DNA of 11,406 nt from Prasinococcaceae sp. CCMP 1430 (lineage: Eukaryota; Plantae; Prasinodermophyta). Below, piece by piece: positions 1 through 7,200 of the stretch (position 1 is the first letter of the stretch; the number at the start of each line of letters is the position of its first letter). The DNA lies in the NCBI GenBank assembly GCA_013416795.1, contig RQSC01000631.1, forward strand, positions 1 through 11,406. Direction: 5' to 3'. A program made the position numbers and the translations under genes. The notes beneath the pieces were generated by a model. It saw nothing but the letters and a program-made list of their open reading frames with translations, did not search any database and was not told the origin of the DNA.

Positions 1-466
1 GGACGGCGCCCTCATGCTGGTGGTCGCATTTTGGGTTGGTTCCGGCTCTGTTGGCGCGCCGGCGCGCGCGGCGCGCGGCGCCCCCTTCCTGGTCCCTCGA
101 GCCCCCTGTGCCTTGACCACCTCCTCTGAGCCCGTCTCCTTCGCCTCCTCCACCGCCTCCTCCGAGCGTGCCTCATCCTCTTCCTCATCCTCCGAGCCCA
201 CCGCCTTCTCCTCCGGAGAGCCCGCCTCCGAGGACTCCGGCGCCTCACTGCCCCGGCGGCATCTCCGCCGCCAGCGTCGCCGCCGCCGCCGTGGTGGCCA
301 CCCTCCTCTTTCTGGGGCTGGGCAGCAGGAGGCCGAGGGAGAGCGAGCACACCGTCGATACGACTCCCTCTACTCCTGCCCAGCGCGAGTGACGGCCACC
401 AGCATCGGCACCACGGCCCTCGTAGATGCGGCACGAACGGCGCTCGACGCCGTACGCTGTCCTCAT
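1..466 (-). CDS. Hypothetical acidic low-complexity protein, 3'-partial (runs off the window), with an apparent 1-nt frameshift at 251-254
   Basis: ATG at 466 opens a frame with mostly G/C-ending codons (MRTAYGVERR...LLLPSPRKRRVATTAAAATLAAEMPPG) that stops at 247-245. Removing one G from the minus-strand GGGG run (plus-strand cccc 251-254) joins it to a stop-free frame reaching position 1: SEAPESSEAGSPEEKAVGSEDEEEDEARSEEAVEEAKETGSEEVVKAQG...TTSMRAPS. No recognisable domain. Confidence 0.5.
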
Positions 467-731
467 GCATTTTTACGTGCGAATTACAGTCGGCCCCTCG
501 CCCTCCAGCCCAGGTCAAAACGAATTCATTCCGTCAAAGCGCTCGAGCCCCCTGCACTTCCAACAACAAACGCCAACGACGTCGCTCGCGCCAAACAAAC
601 AATGTGAAACAGCACACGAACACACGCACTCAAAACGCCAAACCACCCTTCGGTACAACCCATGCTCCACGCGCGGGGCCTTCCAACGGCGGAGCGTGAG
701 CGCGAGGCCGCGCGCGAGCGCGCGCGCGCGC
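467..731. promoter_or_regulatory. Divergent intergenic region / putative bidirectional promoter
   Basis: 265 bp between head-to-head ATGs (466 on minus, 732 on plus). It is visibly poorer in GC than the flanks, with CAAA/CAAC-rich tracts at ~560-650 and an alternating (GC)n run at 718-731 just before the ATG. Confidence 0.45.
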
Positions 732-1253
732 ATGCGGGGCGGCTGCGGGGCGGCTGGTTTTGGGCCGTCGGCGTCGCCATCACCTTCGCCGTTGCCGTTG
801 CAATCGCCGTCGTCCTGGGGTAGCGCGGGCGCTGCGGCGGCCTTCGAGGCGAGTCTCGAATCTGAGTACGAGCGAGCGTGGCGCGAGCGCAGCCATGTGT
901 GGCGCACGCGCGACATCGGTGGCGGCGAGCGCTGCGAGGTCGACGCGAGCGGCGTCTTCGTGTGGGACTCGGCGCTGCTGCTCGCCCGGCACCTCACCGA
1001 GCGCGCACGCGGCGCAGTGGCCGGCCTGCGCGTGTGCGAGCTCGGTTGCGGCTCCGCACTGCCTTCATTTGCCGCGGCGCTCGCAGGCGCTGCCGAGGTC
1101 GTCGCAACCGACTGCGACGACAAGGCCGTTGCTGCCGTGCGCGGCGCGATCGCCGAGGGGACCGTGCGGCGGCCGCTCGATGCCTCGCGCCTCGCCGCAA
1201 TGCGAGCAACCGAACTTGACTGGTTTGCATGCGAGACGGACGCGGCCGTGGCN
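732..1253 (+). CDS. Class I SAM-dependent protein (lysine/histidine) methyltransferase, Methyltransf_16 family (METTL21/22/23/Efm-like), 3'-truncated at the N
   Basis: Frame of track ORF 426..1328, with the likely start ATG at 732. It contains the family N-terminal motif GVFVWDSALLLARHL, motif I LRVCELGCGSALPS, post-I EVVATD and the L-D-W strand. The expected downstream D-x-x-Y motif (e.g. FDxIxAxDxxY) is absent. After the N at 1253 the frame turns Arg-rich and non-homologous and stops at 1326-1328. Confidence 0.8.
1253..1253. other. Single N marking a probable assembly gap or contig junction
   Basis: This is the only ambiguous base in the window. The methyltransferase frame is sensible up to it, and a different frame (the giant surface protein) is sensible from it onward. 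Confidence 0.75.
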
Positions 1254-4200
1254 CCGGCTGCGCGGGGGGCGCGGCCGAGTGCCCGCGCTCGTGCGCGCCG
1301 CACGCGGGCACGGTGGTGCTCGCGGTGAACACCCCGCCCAGGGCTCCCGCCCTGACGGTCGCGCACGGCGCGGCGGACGAGCGCATCGCCGTCGACCTCG
1401 TCGGCGAAGACGCCGAGGGGGACGAGCTGGCATTCACCCTGCGCGGCCTGCCCGAGAACGGCGCGCTCACGTGGCAGAGCAGGCGCGGCGCGGTGCCGCT
1501 CCTGGAGCCGCCCTTCGTCTTCTGCGATCGCTACGAGGCCGCGGGCGGCTCGGCGCAGCCAGCGTGCGTGGAGTACGACCAGCGTCCGACGCTTTGGTAC
1601 GACCCGAACCCGGGCGCGACCGGGAGGCCTCTGGACGCGCTCGCGTTCACCGTCTCCGACTCTCCGGCGCACCCGGGCGCCGCGCTCGCCTTCAGCGGGA
1701 CGTCGGGGCTGGCCGCGGTGGAGCTGCACGTCAACGCCGCGCCCTTCCCGCTCAACTTTCACCTCGAGATGCGGGAGCGCGAGCAGCTCACGTTCGCGCT
1801 GCAGGCGCAGGACCCCGACGGCGACGCGGTGTTCGCCACCCTCACGGCGCTGCCGGAGGCGGAGGTCGGGGGCAGGATCGTGGACAACAGGGGCTCGCTC
1901 AGGCAGGTGTGCGAGTGCCCCGCGAGCGCACCCGAGGAGCTGTGCGATTGCGGCCGCCGCATTGAGGCGGTGCCCGTCCCGGTGGCGTCGCCGAGGATGC
2001 TCTTGACGTACGCCCCCGACAAGGGGCCGGAAGAGTACGGCCGGCCCTACGCAAAGTTCAAGTTCACCGTGGGCGACTTCGCCTCGGCCGGCGCGGGCAC
2101 AGGCGAGGTGCAGATCAACATCAACTCTCCGCCGACCGTCGGCGCGCCCGACCGGGTGGACGTCGCGCAGGGCGGAGAGGTGGAGATCGTGTTCAGGGGG
2201 AGCGACGTGGACGTCGAGGCACGCGCGCAGTACCCCGTGTCCGCCCTCGTGCCGTCGACGCTGCCGTACCCGCTCGCGATTCAGGGCGCGTACACGAACG
2301 AGCTCTCGGCCGTCGTCAGGGGGGTGTCGCCGAGCCTCGAGCCCAATGAGTGGGATGGGCTGAGGCTCGGCAGCAGGCACAGCTACGAGCGCCTGCGAAT
2401 AGCTCCGGGCGCCGTCGGCGCCCACGTCGAGGACATGCGGCTGCTGTACTCCCCGCCGCTGGCGCTGCGCGCGCTGGGCGTGGACTCGGTGCGCATCGCG
2501 TACGCTGTGAACGACTCGATGGTGCTCTCGCGCGACGACAGCAGCGTCACCGTGCACATCAACTGGGAGCCGGAGGGCGCCAACAGCAGCTACGTCACGA
2601 TCGACACCACCGCGCTGATCGTGCCGCTCGCGGGCACGGACCCCAACGGCGACCGCGTCGACGCCGCCATCGTCGACTTGCCCGATCGGGGCTCGCTCTA
2701 CGTATCGTACGGCGAAGACCGGGTCGGCGACGACGTCGCGAGCTACATGGCCTCCGGTGGCGTTCACATTCCCGTCCCGCCCGGCGCAGACGTCGCGGCG
2801 GTGCGCTACGTACCGCCACAGCTGGGCGCCGACGACCCCGACGAGATCACCACGAGCTTCGCGTACGCCGTCTATGACGGGCAACTCACGGGCTCCAAGC
2901 TGGGGCACGTGACCGTGCGCGTGAAGCGGCGCAACCGGCCGCCACACATCCCGCTCGATGCGCGCGACGTGAGCCTTCACACGCTCGAAGACCGCAGCTT
3001 CATCTTCGAGCTCAGCGGCATTGACCCGGACGACGGAGACGTCGTCGCCGCGCGCATCGCGTCGCTGCCGGAGCTGGGAGCGCTGCACGAGTGCGCGGTG
3101 CCACGCGGGGCTGCCGCCAGGCGCGTACTGGACCTGCTGGCGAGCAACGAGACCGTCCCCGCGTCGCTCTTCGTCGGCCAGCGCATCGGTTCGATCGGCG
3201 CCCTCGTTTCCGCTGGCCGCGCCCTCAGCGAGGACACCGTTGCCGAGCTCGATGCGCGCGGCGCTCATACCGAGTTGACCGAATCGCGCGTGCGTGTCGT
3301 CTTCGTGCCCAAGCCTGCCACGCACTCGGGGTACAATGAGGAGGGGGTGCCGTACGGGCGCTTCTCGTACGTGGTCACCGACGGCGTGGAGACGAGCACG
3401 GAGGCCGCGACCGTGAGTGTGCACGTGGACGGCAGGCCCGTGTCCCCGCCTGATGTCGTGCTGGCGACCCCCGAGGACACCGAGATACTGTACAACTGCA
3501 CTGGTGAGGACCCCGAGGGCGAGATCGTCACGCCGATCGTTTACTCCACGGCAGGCCAGTATCGCGATCACGGCGGACGGGTCGCGTTCGAGCCGCGCCT
3601 TTTCGAGGTGGCCGCAGGGGGCGCGCGCGTCCCCATCACCCCGGACATCTTGCCTCACAGGCTCACGCACGAGTCCGGCGCGGTCGTTTTCGTTCCCGCC
3701 GGGGATGCGCACTCCAGCGTCTTTTCGGAGGACGCCGCCCTCGGGGGGGCGCCGAGGCTGGGCGCATTCACGTACCGCGTCTCGGATGGCAAGCTGGTGA
3801 GCGCCACGTCGACCACGGTGTCCTTCCAGGTGATGCCGGTGAACGACCCGCCAACCGCGGTGAAGAGCTTCAGCGCCGAGACGCACGAGGGAACGCCCGT
3901 CGAGATCGCGCTGCCTGCCTCGGACATCGATGTCGCGTGCGAAGTCTTCAACGTTTCCATCCCGGAGTACAAGGACGTCGAGGTCACCAACAACGAGACC
4001 AACATTACGGCTGTCGAGACGGTGCTTGTCAACGTCGCCGAGGTGGAAACGCGCGAGTGCGCCCAGCAGCCGGCGTACGCCATACTCGTGTCGGAGCCGC
4101 GGAGTGGCACTGGTCGGTTGTCGTACGAGCAGGCGCGCGTCGTCCTCGATGCGGAGACCGCGCGCTCTGCGTGGGCGAGCGTCGGCGCAGAAGGCCTGCG

Positions 4201-7200
4201 CCCCGGGGAAATTACGATGGACGCGCTCGAGTGGAACATGGGGCACAGAGGGGGGAAGCCGACCCCCTCCGCGACGGGCGCGCTCTCCCCGGAAGACGGC
4301 GTCGCCCCTGCCCCCGCGCGCGTCACCGCCGAGGAGGCGATGGATGCGTACGAGGCCGCGCACGCACACGTGCCGCTGCGCGCACCACCATGGCTTGCGG
4401 ACGCCATTCGCGCGCTCGACAACGTCACGCTGAGCACGAGGTGGCTCTTTCCGGTGCTCAGGTTGGACTCAAAGGTCGTCTTTCACCCGCCGCCCTGTTC
4501 CGATTACTTCAGCCGCACATGCCCACTCGGCAAGGGCTTCGCAAGGTTCTCCTATGCCGCCGTCGATGGCGAGGGTGCCGTGAGCGACGCGCTGACGACG
4601 GTGACAGTCGACATCAAGCCGAAGCTGGATGCGTCGTTCTCGAGGTTTGAGCGCTTCCCTACGTTCGTCCACACCGTCAAGCAGGGCGACATCCTCTCGT
4701 TTGATGAGCCACCTGAGGAAGTCGAGGACCCGACGGGCATGACGACCAGGAGCGTGGCAGAGTGGCAGAGCCCGAAGCGCCCCGACCTGATGCTCGGACT
4801 CCTATATTCGTGGGGGCGCAACGACGACGCGCACCAGCTCGGCTTAGGCGCCGGCGCTGCGGACGCCAGCGCGAACGCCGCGCGCGCGCGCGCGGACGCC
4901 GACGCGGCCGCAGTTGATGCAGCGGCCGCGGCGAAGTCTGCGGGTGCCAAGGATGCCGCGGTGGCGGCTGCCGCCGCCGTCGCGCGCGCTGCAGCGCTCG
5001 CGGAGCGCTCGGAGCGGCTCGCGTCGTCCCTTGACGCGGCCGCGCGTGACGTGCCAGCATTGTCGCTCGCCGCCGAGGCCGCCGGCATCGACTTTGAGAG
5101 CGTCGCCGCTGCCGACGGCCACGCGTTCGGCATAGACACGCGCGGGCGGCTGTACAGCTGGGGTCTCGACAAGAACGGGCGCCTTGGGCAACCGCCGCCG
5201 CCGATGCAAGTGCTGCACTCGGAGTTCGGCGCGACCTCGCTCCACCCGAGCGCTCACCCTCCGACGCAGCGGCCCGGCGCGACATATGCATCGAGCTATG
5301 CCCCCGCCGGCGGCCGGGCCGAGGCCGGCGTGTACGACTCGTATGGGGGACCCGCAGACACTGACCGTCGCGCTGACGACAGCGGCTCTTCCTCCTCGGG
5401 ACCTCGCAGGTCTTGCGACGTGCGTGGCTGCGTGTACTTCGCCCCGACGCTCGTCTCCGCTCTCCGTGGCGTGCGCGTGACGCGCGTGTATGCGTGCACC
5501 ACACACGCGATGGCCCTTTCGGACACCGGCGAGGTGTATCAGTGGGGGGACAACACGCACGGGCAGCTCGGGCGCGGCGAGCACGGCGAGGGCAGCGCCG
5601 CTGCGAACGACGAGGATTCGTTGCTGCTCGGAGGCCCGCGCGAGCGGGCGTACGCCCTCGCAGCTGAGCGTCGCGAGACCACTGACCCTCACGACGCGGA
5701 GGGCAACACGAGCCCCGTCGATGCAGGCGCACCGCCCGCGTGGCTGCCGGTGCGCGTGGCGGCGCTCGAAGGCAAGCGAGTCGTCGAGGGCGGCGTTGGC
5801 GCAGCGCACAGCGCCGCTCTTACGAGCGACGGCGTGCTCTACACCTGGGGCAGCAATGCCGAAGGGCAGCTTGGGTTGCTCGACTGCGCGGAGTATTACT
5901 CCACCGGCGACGGCACGTGCCAGACGCACGCGGCCACGCGCCCTCGCAGCGCCCACACCCCCCAGCTGGTCGACGCCTTCCGGGTCTTTGACGCGAACGG
6001 TCGCACGCGCGGCCAAGCGCTCGCGCGCGGCTACGTTACGCGCGCGTTGCGTGTGAGGTCCATCGGTGTGGGCTGGCACTACACGCTCGCGATCGGCACT
6101 GACGGGCAGGTGTACTCGTGGGGCTACGGAGAGACCGGTCAGCTCGGCCACGCGCGCCGGCAGCACCACCAGTCGCCAGATTCCCACACAGTCGGTGTGC
6201 CCACGCCCATCGCTGTCTTGGAGGATGAACGCATCCATTCGGTCCACGGCGGGCGATTTCACTCTGGCGCCTTGGCGGAGGATGGGCGTGTCTTCATGTG
6301 GGGGTCGAACGTGTTTGGCCAGCTTGGCGTGGGCGACACCGCCGCGCGATTCGAGCCGACCGTGGTCGGCAGCCTCGTCGGCCAGCACGGCGTGCATGTG
6401 AACCTCACGACGATTAGCCTTGGCACATATCACACAGTTGCGCTCGCTGACAAGGGGTACGTCCTTGCATGGGGGAGCAACGCGATGGGGCAGACCGGGA
6501 CTTCCGCACTCTTCGAGTACAGGAGGACCGGGGTCGACACGGAGAGCGGTAATGTCGCTGCCTACATCGAACGCTCGGACATGCCGCTGCACCATGCGTG
6601 GGACAACGGCATGGGGTCGTTCGGCGTGCTGCCAGAGTCGCTCGCTATCCACGAGGACACGCTAATGGGCGTCAATTCGACCGTGACGGGCCTGCGGCTT
6701 GTCCGCGGCAGCGAGCCCACGCGGCCGGAGTTCGCGCGCGTGGGCGCTGGCTTCGCCTCGTGGCCCACGCCACGTGTCGTCGTCGGGCTGATGCAGGCGC
6801 GCTCGCTGAGCGCTGGGGGGCTCTTCACGCTCGCCGTGCGCTCGGCTTGCCCGCGCGGGACGGTGCTCAATGCCACGAGCGGCGGCTGCAAGCGCTGCCC
6901 CTACGGGCACGTGGCGAATGGGCTCAATGCGCTCGGCTGTCGCGTGTGCCCCGCGGGGACCTTCCGCGCGACCGACGGGGCGAACGCGTGCGTGCCGTGC
7001 GCGCCGGGCACGTATTCGCCAAAGCCGGGCGCGAGTGGTTGCCTCGCGTGCAAGGCAGGCACCTTCAATAGTTTCAGTGGCAGCTCGTCGCAGGAGCAGT
7101 GCATGCGTTGCCCGGCGGGCTCCTTTGCTTCGGAGGAGTCGGCCGCAGAGTGTGAACTCTGCCCCGCTGGGTCGTATCAGCCCCACGCCGGCGAACGCTC

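Noticed and set aside
14-607. Plus-strand ORFs 14..607 and 168..392 (Ser- or Pro-rich, one with a hydrophobic patch)
   Set aside because: They are best explained as antisense readings of the GAG/GCG-rich minus-strand gene. Codon bias favours the minus strand.
1229-1231. ATG 1229 as the start of the giant protein
   Set aside because: It lies inside methyltransferase-coding sequence upstream of the N, gives no signal peptide, and the following sequence is the tail of a repeat.
515-4369. 1284-aa minus-strand ORF, plus other long antisense ORFs (4844..6652, 6662..7828, 8831..9673)
   Set aside because: These are Arg/Gly/Ala-rich with no motifs. They are expected shadows of a GC3-biased sense gene in stop-poor DNA.
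6060-6095. UVR8 photoreceptor call from GWHYT
   Set aside because: UVR8 has three GWRHT motifs and a VP tail. Only one imperfect motif is present here, in an extracellular-type context.
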